A DNA stretch of 63,918 bases, counting the filler, from an uncultured bacterium (GTDB taxonomy: Bacteria; CAZSTA01): the NCBI GenBank assembly GCA_964609495.1. It is 3 parts of 3 records of this genome, joined end to end, with 100 filler letters (N's around TTAATTAATTAA, not from the genome) between each part and the next. Parts side by side here need not be neighbours in the genome. Positions count along the whole stretch, not along the records: positions 1 to 26,008 come from CAZSTA010000029.1; positions 26,109 to 52,005 come from CAZSTA010000030.1; 1 more part is not named here. One strand, 5' to 3'. Positions 18,259-26,641 of the stretch are shown in pieces. A program made the position numbers and the translations under genes. The notes under the pieces are model-generated. The model worked only from the letters and a program-made list of their open reading frames with translations. It did no database searches and was not told the origin of the DNA. Every line of letters begins with the position of its first letter. Position 1 is the stretch's first letter.

Positions 18259-19560
18259 ATGCCTATAGTTAGATACACTAAAGAGGAGGCTTTAAATTAT
18301 CATCGAAGTAATTTCTCCGGGGGAGGAAAGATCGAGGTTATGAGCAAGGTTCGGGTCGAAGATGCCAAGGACCTAACCTTAGCTTATACCCCTGGAGTAG
18401 CCGAGGTTTGCCGTGCCATCGCTGAGGATATCGAGAAGATCCATGACTACACGACTAAAGATAATATGGTAGCTGTGGTAACCGACGGAACAGCGATCTT
18501 AGGATTGGGAGATATTGGACCTGAGGCTGGCTTACCAGTTATGGAGGGAAAAGCCGTTCTCTTTAAGATGTTAGCTGGGGTCGATGCTTTCCCTATCTGT
18601 CTGAGAACTAAGGATCCAGATAAGATAGTTGAGATAGTCAAACTTATGGAACCTAGTCTGGGAGGGATAAACCTGGAGGATATCTCGGCTCCAAGGTGCT
18701 TCGAGATCGAGCGACGCCTAAAAGAGGAGATGGATATCCCTGTATTCCATGACGATCAACATGGAACTGCGGTAGTGGTTCTTTCCGCTCTTATCAACGC
18801 TCTCAAGATCGTTGACAAGAAGATGGAGGATATCAAAGTAGTTGTGAATGGCGCAGGAGCAGGCGGGATAACGGTCTCTAAACTCATCTTAAACGCTGGC
18901 GTTCAGAATATAATTCTGTGCGATAGCAAAGGAGCGATCTATAAGGGAAGAGAGGAGGGGATGAATCCCTTCAAGGATGAGATCGCTGAGATCACTAATC
19001 AAGATATGGTAAAGGGAACTCTAGCTGAGGCTATGAAAGGTGCTGATGTCTTCATTGGCGTATCGGTAGGAGGACAGGTTGATCAGGATATGGTTCGCTC
19101 CATGGCCAAAGATTCCATAGTCTTCGCGATGGCTAATCCTGATCCTGAGATACTTCCTGAGGCTGCGAAGGAAGCTTATGCCAGGATCGTTGCTACTGGA
19201 CGAAGTGATTATCCCAATCAGATAAACAACGTTTTGGGATTCCCAGCGATCTTCAGAGGAGCGCTCGATACCAGAGCGAGCGATATCAACGAGGAGATGA
19301 AGGTAGCGGCCTCTCACGCCATCGCTGATCTAATCAAGGATGAGGAGTTAAGCGAGGATTATATCATCACTACTCCGGTAGATCCTCGGGTTATGCCCGC
19401 TGAAGCGGCTGCGGTGGCAAAAGCCGCGATGGATAGCGGGGTAGCCAGAATCAAAGTTGATCCTGCGGAGGTCTATCGCAGGACTGAGACTTTAGCTAAG
19501 ATAAATAGAGAGAGATTCGAGGTCACCAGAGAGCTACTGCTGGAAGGAGTACTTTCCTAG
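18259..19560 (+). CDS. NAD(P)-dependent malic enzyme
   Basis: AYTPGVA, PVMEGKA, FHDDQHGTA, GAGAGG, TGRSDYPNQINNVL. Confidence 0.95.
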   Translation: MPIVRYTKEEALNYHRSNFSGGGKIEVMSKVRVEDAKDLTLAYTPGVAEVCRAIAEDIEKIHDYTTKDNMVAVVTDGTAILGLGDIGPEAGLPVMEGKAVLFKMLAGVDAFPICLRTKDPDKIVEIVKLMEPSLGGINLEDISAPRCFEIERRLKEEMDIPVFHDDQHGTAVVVLSALINALKIVDKKMEDIKVVVNGAGAGGITVSKLILNAGVQNIILCDSKGAIYKGREEGMNPFKDEIAEITNQDMVKGTLAEAMKGADVFIGVSVGGQVDQDMVRSMAKDSIVFAMANPDPEILPEAAKEAYARIVATGRSDYPNQINNVLGFPAIFRGALDTRASDINEEMKVAASHAIADLIKDEELSEDYIITTPVDPRVMPAEAAAVAKAAMDSGVARIKVDPAEVYRRTETLAKINRERFEVTRELLLEGVLS

Positions 19561-19612
19561 AGTGATAGATCGAATAAGTCCAAAACTCAAATGGCTGGGA
19601 TCTCCCTTCGGG

Positions 19613-19641
19613 AACTATCAGATCTAAAAGATCTGATAGTT
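19613..19641. terminator. 13-bp perfect hairpin downstream of malic enzyme (possible terminator)
   Basis: AACTATCAGATCT-AAA-AGATCTGATAGTT. Confidence 0.45.
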
Positions 19642-19676
19642 GTATGAAATTATAGGCGTCGGGTCTGATGATTTGA

Positions 19677-19885
19677 GGAAGCGTGTAAAATTTCGTCTTT
19701 AGCTTCCTCTTCTTTCTACCATCTCGCTTTACCTCCCCTCCCCCAGCTCTCACATCTTATCTCTCCTATCCCTATCTCTCCCTATCTCCCTCATTGCCCC
19801 CTTATGCTCTCCTCCATATCTTCTAAGCTCCCCTCGAGGCTAATGCCTCCTTTAAAATCTACTAGCACAAAGTTTTAATGCTTAC
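19677..19885. mobile_element. Degenerate MITE-like element, same end family as 52224-52429
   Basis: Left GGAAGCGTGTAAAATTTCGTCTTTAG and right CTACTAGCACAAAGTTTTAATGCTTAC resemble the TIRs at 52224/52429; pyrimidine-rich interior; no TSD seen. Confidence 0.45.
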
Positions 19886-19976
19886 AAGTGTAGTAAATAA
19901 CCGCTAAGATATAATCTAGGTCGAATTCTACTGAAACCAATTTCATCTATTTGCGTATTTAAGATTAGAGTCACAC

Positions 19977-20005
19977 TTGACAAAATTATCTCTATAAGTT
20001 AAAAT
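19977..20005 (+). promoter_or_regulatory. sigma70/sigmaA-type promoter
   Basis: TTGACA-17-TAAAAT. Confidence 0.7.
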
Positions 20006-20036
20006 ATAGCTAACCTAAACTTAAGGGATTGGTGAT

Positions 20037-20969
20037 ATGAGAGACGATATAATAATCGAAACTTTTGATCTAACTAAAGATTTCGGACGCCATCGAGTTG
20101 TAGATCATCTCGACCTAGAGGTTCATCGCGGCGATGTATTTGGATTTTTAGGGCCTAATGGCGCGGGAAAGACAACCACTATCCGGATGCTTGTGGGTCT
20201 CATCAAACCCACCAGAGGTCGGGCAGAGATTCTCGGCTATGATATTCAAAGGAATTATATCAAAGCTATAAACAAAGTGGGTGCGCTAGTCGAGACTCCT
20301 CAATTTTACGAATATCTCTCTGGACGTGAGAATCTCAGGATATTAGGAACGATGTCCGGGGGAGTTGATGATAAAAGGATCGATGAGATTTTAGATCTGG
20401 TCGATCTCTTAGATCGTGGTAAGGATAAAGTGCGAAAGTATTCTCATGGAATGAAACAGCGATTGGGGATCGCTCAGGCGCTCCTTTCCAAGCCCGAACT
20501 CATCATTCTAGACGAGCCGACCAGTGGACTCGATCCCCAAGGGATGAAGGAGATTCGCGATCTAATCAAAAATCTCACGGAGATGGAACAGTTGACCATC
20601 TTCATCTCTAGCCATCTACTTCATGAAGTAGAGCAGATCTGCAACCGAGTTGCTATAATCAATCTCGGAAAGCTTATCACTCAGAGAGGAATTGATAAGC
20701 TCTTCGAGGGGGAAGAGGAGATAATAAAGGTTCGAGTCTCCGATAGGGAGGAGGCTCTGGCTCTTTTAAGAGAACAGGATTGGATAGAAAATGTTCGTCT
20801 AAATGAACAGAACCTAGAAGTTAGGATAGGTGCTTCTAAGATAGCTGATATGAATGCCCTATTGGTCCAGAATGGATTTAAGGTCTCCGCGCTTATTCCA
20901 GAGAGGGGAACCTTAGAGGATTATTACATTAAGATTATGGAGAAGGAGAACGATGCTCAATCTCATTAA
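20037..20969 (+). CDS. ABC transporter ATP-binding protein (BcrA-like exporter)
   Basis: GPNGAGKT, YSHGMKQRL, LDEPTSGLD. Confidence 0.95.
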   Translation: MRDDIIIETFDLTKDFGRHRVVDHLDLEVHRGDVFGFLGPNGAGKTTTIRMLVGLIKPTRGRAEILGYDIQRNYIKAINKVGALVETPQFYEYLSGRENLRILGTMSGGVDDKRIDEILDLVDLLDRGKDKVRKYSHGMKQRLGIAQALLSKPELIILDEPTSGLDPQGMKEIRDLIKNLTEMEQLTIFISSHLLHEVEQICNRVAIINLGKLITQRGIDKLFEGEEEIIKVRVSDREEALALLREQDWIENVRLNEQNLEVRIGASKIADMNALLVQNGFKVSALIPERGTLEDYYIKIMEKENDAQSH

Positions 20970-21777
20970 ATTAGAACTTATGAAGATGTTTCATAAGAAG
21001 AGAACCTATCTGGGATTCATCGGCTTGGTCGGGATCCCCATTTTGATAGGTGTTGGAATGAAGTATGGCACGAAGTTCGAGGGAGTAGATATAAATTATA
21101 TGCGGGCGATGCTCAATGGCTATGTCCTCATCGCTTTCGCTACGTTCGTGGGGATGCCCTTCTTCGCTCCCCTCTTCGTATCTCTCGTCTCAGGGGATAT
21201 GATCGCCGGTGAAAGTGGGGCGGGAACGCTTCGAACCATCCTCGTAAGGCCAGTAGGCAGAGGCAAGTTACTCCTGAGTAAATTCATAACTGCCCTTATT
21301 TATACCGCTATTCTAATGGCTCTTATGGATTCAGCCTGCCTCCTTGCTGGGAAGATATTATTCGGCTTCAACGCCTCCATTCTAAATATACTCCTATCTC
21401 GATCTCAGCCTGAATTCCTCGGTCCCATCGCCGCATTGCCCCAAAGTATAAAGAGCGTCCAATTGGGATTCCTATTCGCAGTCCTCTCCTTATCCGTGAT
21501 CGTTAGCCTAGCTATTCTTATCTCGGTCTTGACTGATAATAGCCTCGGAGCCACCGCGGGAACGATAGTGATCTTCTTGATCAGTAGTTCGCTTAGTTAC
21601 TATGATAAAGTCAAGCCCTATCTGTTCACCACCTACCTAGATGTGTGGCAGAAGATGTTTCGCAATCCAATTCCCTGGTCCAATGTTTATAAATCGCTAG
21701 CTATACTTTCTGCATACGAGTTGGGATTCCTGATCTTGGCGCTAATTATATTTAGGAGGAAAGATATACTTTGTTAA
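20953..21777 (+). CDS. ABC-2 type permease
   Basis: About 6 TM helices; IAGE..GTLRTILVRPVGR..KF motif. Confidence 0.85.
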   Translation: MLNLIKLELMKMFHKKRTYLGFIGLVGIPILIGVGMKYGTKFEGVDINYMRAMLNGYVLIAFATFVGMPFFAPLFVSLVSGDMIAGESGAGTLRTILVRPVGRGKLLLSKFITALIYTAILMALMDSACLLAGKILFGFNASILNILLSRSQPEFLGPIAALPQSIKSVQLGFLFAVLSLSVIVSLAILISVLTDNSLGATAGTIVIFLISSSLSYYDKVKPYLFTTYLDVWQKMFRNPIPWSNVYKSLAILSAYELGFLILALIIFRRKDILC

Positions 21778-21789
21778 ATGGAGTGAGCG

Positions 21790-22383
21790 ATGCCAGGCGA
21801 TATATCAGCGATTATCCTCGCGGGCGGTAAGAGCAGCAGAATGGGGGTGAATAAAGCCTTACTCAGGCTGGGCGGCAGATCAATTGTTGAGATCATCATT
21901 GACAAGCTAGCCGATATATTCGAGGAGATCATAGTCACCACTAAATCTAAAGATCTTTATTCCCCCCTGAAGGTGAAAGTCGTAGAGGATATGAGCGCCG
22001 ATTACAACTCGCTTCTGGGAATCCACACTGGCTTGCTCAATTCCGATAATTTCTATAACTTCGTGATAGCTTGTGATATGCCCTTCCTTAATCCTCCCCT
22101 TATAAGATATATGATAAAGCAGAGAATAGGTTATGAGGTCATAATACCCAAAATAGACGAACACCTAGAACCATTACATGCCATCTATTCGAAGGAATGC
22201 CTAAAGCCCATCGAGGGATTATTATCGAATGGCGATCTAAAGATAATAAACTTCTTTCCCCAGGTCAGAGTAAGATACATAAGTAGGGATGAGATAATCT
22301 GCTTTGATCCTGAGTTTAAATCCTTCTTCAACCTGAATACAAGCGAGGAATACGAAAAAGCGAAGTTATTATCTTGGGAATAG
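21790..22383 (+). CDS. mobA: Molybdenum cofactor guanylyltransferase
   Basis: ILAGGKSSRMG.NK, ACDMPF, EPLHAIY, FFNLNT. Confidence 0.9.
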   Translation: MPGDISAIILAGGKSSRMGVNKALLRLGGRSIVEIIIDKLADIFEEIIVTTKSKDLYSPLKVKVVEDMSADYNSLLGIHTGLLNSDNFYNFVIACDMPFLNPPLIRYMIKQRIGYEVIIPKIDEHLEPLHAIYSKECLKPIEGLLSNGDLKIINFFPQVRVRYISRDEIICFDPEFKSFFNLNTSEEYEKAKLLSWE

Positions 22384-22450
22384 TTGCTATATTAGGGATA
22401 GGACAAAACTCAGGCTTATAAAATGGAGAAAGGTGAGAGTAATCCTCTAA

Positions 22451-23407
22451 ATGATGAATGAAATAATAAATAAAATTGTGTGGGGAGATGCTAGGGATGT
22501 GCTAGATAGAATTGAAGATAATACCATAGATCTTGTATTGACAGATCCCCCCTACTTTTTAGATAAAATGGATAATAACTGGAATCACGAAACTGTCTCG
22601 AGCACAAAGTATCAACACACCGTTAAGTCTCTCCCCGCGGGAATGAAATTTGATAGAGAACAAGGAAAGCGATTTTACACCTGGTATTTAGAAATATCAA
22701 GAAAACTCCACCGAGTAATAAAGCCTGGGGGGTTCTTCTTCTCATTTTCGAGTCCAAGATTATATCATAGAATGGCTTGTGCGATAGATGATGCTGGTTT
22801 TTTGATACGAGATTGCTTTATCTGGCTTTATACCCAAAATCAAGTAAAGGCGATGAGCCTGGATCACTTTATTGACAGATTGGATACTGATGAAAAAACC
22901 AAAACTAAATTGAAGGAGAGATTGAATGGTTGGAAAACTCCCCAGATAAAATCGTGCTTTGAACCAATCGTAATGGCTCAAAAACAATATGAGAAAACAT
23001 TTCTAAGGAACATATTAAAGAACAATGTTGGTCTCTTTAATACAACAGTTCGGATAGGCGAGAATATGTTTCCCTCAAATGTCCTAACGATAGAAGGAAT
23101 TGATGAAGTTATAGACAAATATTTTCTTCTGCCAAAACCGACAAAGGAGGAAAAAGGGGAATACAACACCCATAGAGCGGTAAAACCATTGGCAATATGT
23201 GAATATATAATTCAACTATCAACCTTTTCCGATGATGCTATTGTCTTAGATCCGTTTGTAGGAAGTGGAACAACCGCGGTCGCCGCAAAGAGATTGGGGA
23301 GAAGATTTATCGGGATTGACATTAATCGTGAGTATGTGGATATCGCCTTGAAAAGATTAGAAGATGTAAGAATTGAAAGGAAATATAAGAATAAAAACAT
23401 ATCTTGA
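22451..23407 (+). CDS. Orphan beta-class N4/N6 DNA methyltransferase
   Basis: TDPPY near N-terminus; H..VKP and LDPFVGSGTT near C-terminus; AT-richer than neighbours. Confidence 0.9.
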   Translation: MMNEIINKIVWGDARDVLDRIEDNTIDLVLTDPPYFLDKMDNNWNHETVSSTKYQHTVKSLPAGMKFDREQGKRFYTWYLEISRKLHRVIKPGGFFFSFSSPRLYHRMACAIDDAGFLIRDCFIWLYTQNQVKAMSLDHFIDRLDTDEKTKTKLKERLNGWKTPQIKSCFEPIVMAQKQYEKTFLRNILKNNVGLFNTTVRIGENMFPSNVLTIEGIDEVIDKYFLLPKPTKEEKGEYNTHRAVKPLAICEYIIQLSTFSDDAIVLDPFVGSGTTAVAAKRLGRRFIGIDINREYVDIALKRLEDVRIERKYKNKNIS

Positions 23408-23495
23408 AAAAAAATAAGCAATAAAATGATATTCCCACCAAAATATCGTGGATTTTAATAAATATGCTATATAGCATTAAAAGAGGATTTTACTT

Positions 23496-24470
23496 ATGGT
23501 AAGGATATATTTATTTAAAAGGGACGAAACCCTGGAGAAGGATATACCCATAGAGCAATTAGCTCAGGTACTCGAAGATGCCAAAAGAGAAGGACATATC
23601 CTCTGGATGGATATTGAAGCTCCTACAGAAGATGATTTTGGTATCTTAGCGGAGGTCTTCAAATTCCATCCCCTCTCGATCGAGGATTGCCACTATTACT
23701 CGGAGTTTCCCAAGATCGACGAGTTCCCAGATCACATCTTTGTTGTAATTCACGAGGTGGCTCAACTCACCAGTGAGGAGCGAATGATGACGGAATTAGA
23801 TATATTCTGTGGGAAGCATTTCATAGTGACAGTTCATATCTCTCCAGTAAAAGCGATCACTGCCTGTCAGGAAAAATATGAGCGGAATCCTCGCTTGATA
23901 CGACGATCTGCGGATTTTATCCTTCATGGTATCCTAGATGTGTTGATAGACAGCTACTTTCCCATTCTCGATTATTGGGATTACAGAATAGATCAAGTGG
24001 AGGATGATATCCTAGGGGAGGAAGGTGAGGATGTCTTAACAGAGATGATCTTAATCAAACGTAATATCTTGGCTCTAAGGAGAAGCCTCGCTCCTCAACG
24101 AGATGCGATCAACCGCCTAGCACGAAGGGAATTTGCCTTCATCTCTCCTCAAGCTTCCATCTACTTCCGAGATGTATCAGATCATATGATGCAGATCTAC
24201 AATGCGCTCGAGTCCTACCGTGATCTCATATCTAGCTTATTCGAGGTTCACACATCTATGATCTCCAACAAGATGAATTCGATTATGCAGAGGCTAACCA
24301 TCATCGCCACTATCTTTATGCCTTTAACCTTCATCGTCGGAGTCTATGGGATGAACTTCAGGTATATGCCAGAATTAAGATGGAAAGTGGGCTATCTTGT
24401 GGTGTGGATGGTGATGATAATCTTAGGCGTAGGGATGTATGTATATTTTAAGAGGAAAGATTGGATATGA
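23496..24470 (+). CDS. corA: Magnesium/cobalt transporter CorA
   Basis: HPLSIED, YGMNF..MPEL motif, 2 C-terminal TM helices. Confidence 0.95.
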   Translation: MVRIYLFKRDETLEKDIPIEQLAQVLEDAKREGHILWMDIEAPTEDDFGILAEVFKFHPLSIEDCHYYSEFPKIDEFPDHIFVVIHEVAQLTSEERMMTELDIFCGKHFIVTVHISPVKAITACQEKYERNPRLIRRSADFILHGILDVLIDSYFPILDYWDYRIDQVEDDILGEEGEDVLTEMILIKRNILALRRSLAPQRDAINRLARREFAFISPQASIYFRDVSDHMMQIYNALESYRDLISSLFEVHTSMISNKMNSIMQRLTIIATIFMPLTFIVGVYGMNFRYMPELRWKVGYLVVWMVMIILGVGMYVYFKRKDWI

Positions 24471-24485
24471 CTGGAGGCATAGTAA

Positions 24486-25691
24486 ATGCTTAAAGTTTCT
24501 CAAGCGCTAGAACTTATTCTAAACAGGACTAAAACTCTAGGTAAAGAAAGAGTGGAACTTCTCTCCTCCCTAGATAGAACGCTGGCTGAAGATATTTATT
24601 CCGATATCCGAATCCCTCCTTTTGATTTCTCATCCCTAGATGGTTACGTGGTCATATCCTCAGACGTAAAGGGAGCTTATCAGGAGTATCCTAAGACTTT
24701 AAGGGTGATAGGAGAGCTTCCCGCAGGCTCGATCTTCCCTCGGACACTTTCCTCCGGGCAGGCTATCAAAATTATGACCGGGGCTCCTATTCCAGAGGGT
24801 GCAGATGCAGTTGTAGGGGTGGAGAACACTGAAGCTGAAGGGGAGATGGTCAGAATCTTTGAAAAGGTAAGTCCTGGTAGTAATATCCATTATGCAGGGG
24901 AGAGCGTGGAGATCGGGGAGAAGGTCCTAGCAAAAGGAGATATTATAAGTGCCGCTGAGATCGGGATGTTAGCCTCCCTGGGACGAGGTGAGGTGGAGGT
25001 GATCAGAAGGCCCAAGGTGGCTGTGATCGCCACTGGTGATGAGCTAGTAGAGATAGATGAGGAGTTAGCAGATGGCAAGATCAGAGGGAGCAATAGCTAC
25101 TCTTTGACCGCTTTGCTCCTGAAGTATGGAGGGATACCTATCAGGTTAGGGATAGTCGGCGATGACAAGGATAAATTGCGAGAGAAGATAGAGGAACATC
25201 TCGATCAAGTCGATATGATAATAACCTCTGGTGGAGTCTCGATGGGCGAGTATGACATCGTTAAGGATGTCCTTAAAGAGATGGGAGAGATATTATATTG
25301 GGGCGTGGCAATGCGACCTGGCACCATGAACGCTTTTGGGATTATCGAAAATAAACTATTCTTTGGCTTGCCGGGTAATCCAGTCTCATCTATGATATCA
25401 TTCCTCCAATTCGTGCGGCCAGCGATAATGAAGATGTCTGACTTGCCCCCGCGACCTCTTCCTGAAGTTCAAGCAGTGTTGGAAGAGGAGCTACTCGTGA
25501 GAAAGGGATACAGATATTTCGTGAGAGTCCATCTGAGACAGAGGGGAAGTATATATCATGCTAGTCAGAAAGGTCCTCGAGGAACAGAAATACTTAAATC
25601 TATGGTTATGGCGGGCGGATTGCTCGTAGTTCCTGAAGATGTAGATTTCATCCCAGCTCATGAAATGGCTAGGATCCAGTTAATAAGGTGA
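24486..25691 (+). CDS. moeA: Molybdopterin molybdotransferase MoeA
   Basis: PPFD.S.LDGY, IMTGAPIPEGADAVV, TGDEL, SGGVSMG, GLPGNPVS. Confidence 0.9.
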   Translation: MLKVSQALELILNRTKTLGKERVELLSSLDRTLAEDIYSDIRIPPFDFSSLDGYVVISSDVKGAYQEYPKTLRVIGELPAGSIFPRTLSSGQAIKIMTGAPIPEGADAVVGVENTEAEGEMVRIFEKVSPGSNIHYAGESVEIGEKVLAKGDIISAAEIGMLASLGRGEVEVIRRPKVAVIATGDELVEIDEELADGKIRGSNSYSLTALLLKYGGIPIRLGIVGDDKDKLREKIEEHLDQVDMIITSGGVSMGEYDIVKDVLKEMGEILYWGVAMRPGTMNAFGIIENKLFFGLPGNPVSSMISFLQFVRPAIMKMSDLPPRPLPEVQAVLEEELLVRKGYRYFVRVHLRQRGSIYHASQKGPRGTEILKSMVMAGGLLVVPEDVDFIPAHEMARIQLIR

Positions 25692-25795
25692 TAACACAAT
25701 ATAAGTTCTTCTGAGAGACAGTTACAAGCTAGGAGATTCTGTTAACTACTCCCCATTTCTGCAAGGAGGCTTGTCCCTCATTTAAGGTTAAAAAA

Positions 25796-26008
25796 ATGAA
25801 AGGAGAATATACTGTATCAGCAGAAGAAAACAAGGCTATAGTCCGCCGTTTCATCGAGGAGGTCTTTAATAAGAGGAACCTAGACGTACTAGACGAGATT
25901 GTCGATCCCGATTATGTCTTCCACTTTCAAGATCCCACTATGAACCCTATACACGGCGTTGAGGAATTCAAACAATTCATGGCCGCGATACACACCGCCT
26001 TCCCCGAC
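25796..26008 (+). CDS. SnoaL-like ester cyclase (partial, cut by contig end)
   Basis: SAEENKAIVRRF.EE.FN..NLD..DE..AFPD. Confidence 0.75.
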
Positions 26009-26108
26009 NNNNNNNNNNNNNNNNNNNNNNNNNNNNNNNNNNNNNNNNNNNNTTAATTAATTAANNNNNNNNNNNNNNNNNNNNNNNNNNNNNNNNNNNN
26101 NNNNNNNN
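26009..26108. other. Artificial contig spacer
   Basis: 100 nt of N around TTAATTAATTAA (stops in all six frames). Confidence 0.97.
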
Positions 26109-26163
26109 AACCCCGAGAACGACTAAGATCAAACCTATCTTGGTTCTATCGTTCATCTCCATT
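26109..26163 (-). CDS. 5' fragment of a membrane/secreted protein running off the contig
   Basis: GGAGGT RBS, then MEMNDRTKIGLILVVLGV on the minus strand. Confidence 0.5.
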
Positions 26164-26310
26164 ATACTTACCTCCTTGTTGCATATCTCTTAAAGTTATA
26201 TATTAATACGTAGCGGAGGTGATTAAGTTGCAAAAAGTTGGAAATAAAAATCTTCAAGTTCGCTTATAATTGTGATTCTATCATTTATCTCCTATTTCTT
26301 AAAGGATGAC

Positions 26311-26541
26311 TAGTGTTGGAAAGAAACAGCGATTAAGCGAGGTAAGGAACGATATTCCGAAGATTAGATCGACGCAATTTTCCGCTAAGATTTCTTTGGT
26401 AATTTCTTTCAAGATGTCAAAGAGCTGTTTTAGCTTTAACAGTAGCGATCATTCCTTCCAGAGAAAGAAGTAAAATGTTATGATCTATTTTACTCTATCT
26501 CTGGAATTATCGCCACTTTCTTATCATTCTTTCCAACACTA
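26311..26541. mobile_element. MITE-like element with 15-bp perfect terminal inverted repeats
   Basis: TAGTGTTGGAAAGAA (26311-26325) / TTCTTTCCAACACTA (26527-26541); non-coding interior. Confidence 0.6.
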
Positions 26542-26576
26542 TAATAAAAAATATTGGGTGATGAAAACTGAGAATA

Positions 26577-26605
26577 TTGACTTTTGAAGCTGAATAGCTT
26601 ATAAT
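26577..26605 (+). promoter_or_regulatory. sigma70/sigmaA-type promoter
   Basis: TTGACT-17-TATAAT. Confidence 0.7.
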
Positions 26606-26641
26606 CTCATTATAATTTATTATGAAAGGAGAATTAAAATT

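Noticed and set aside
19660-19700. CTGATGA hammerhead-like core (also 60430-60436)
   Set aside because: No correctly placed stem II, GAAA or cleavage triplet
26053-26064. TTAATTAATTAA palindrome (also 52050-52061)
   Set aside because: Centred in N runs; an artificial contig linker, not biological
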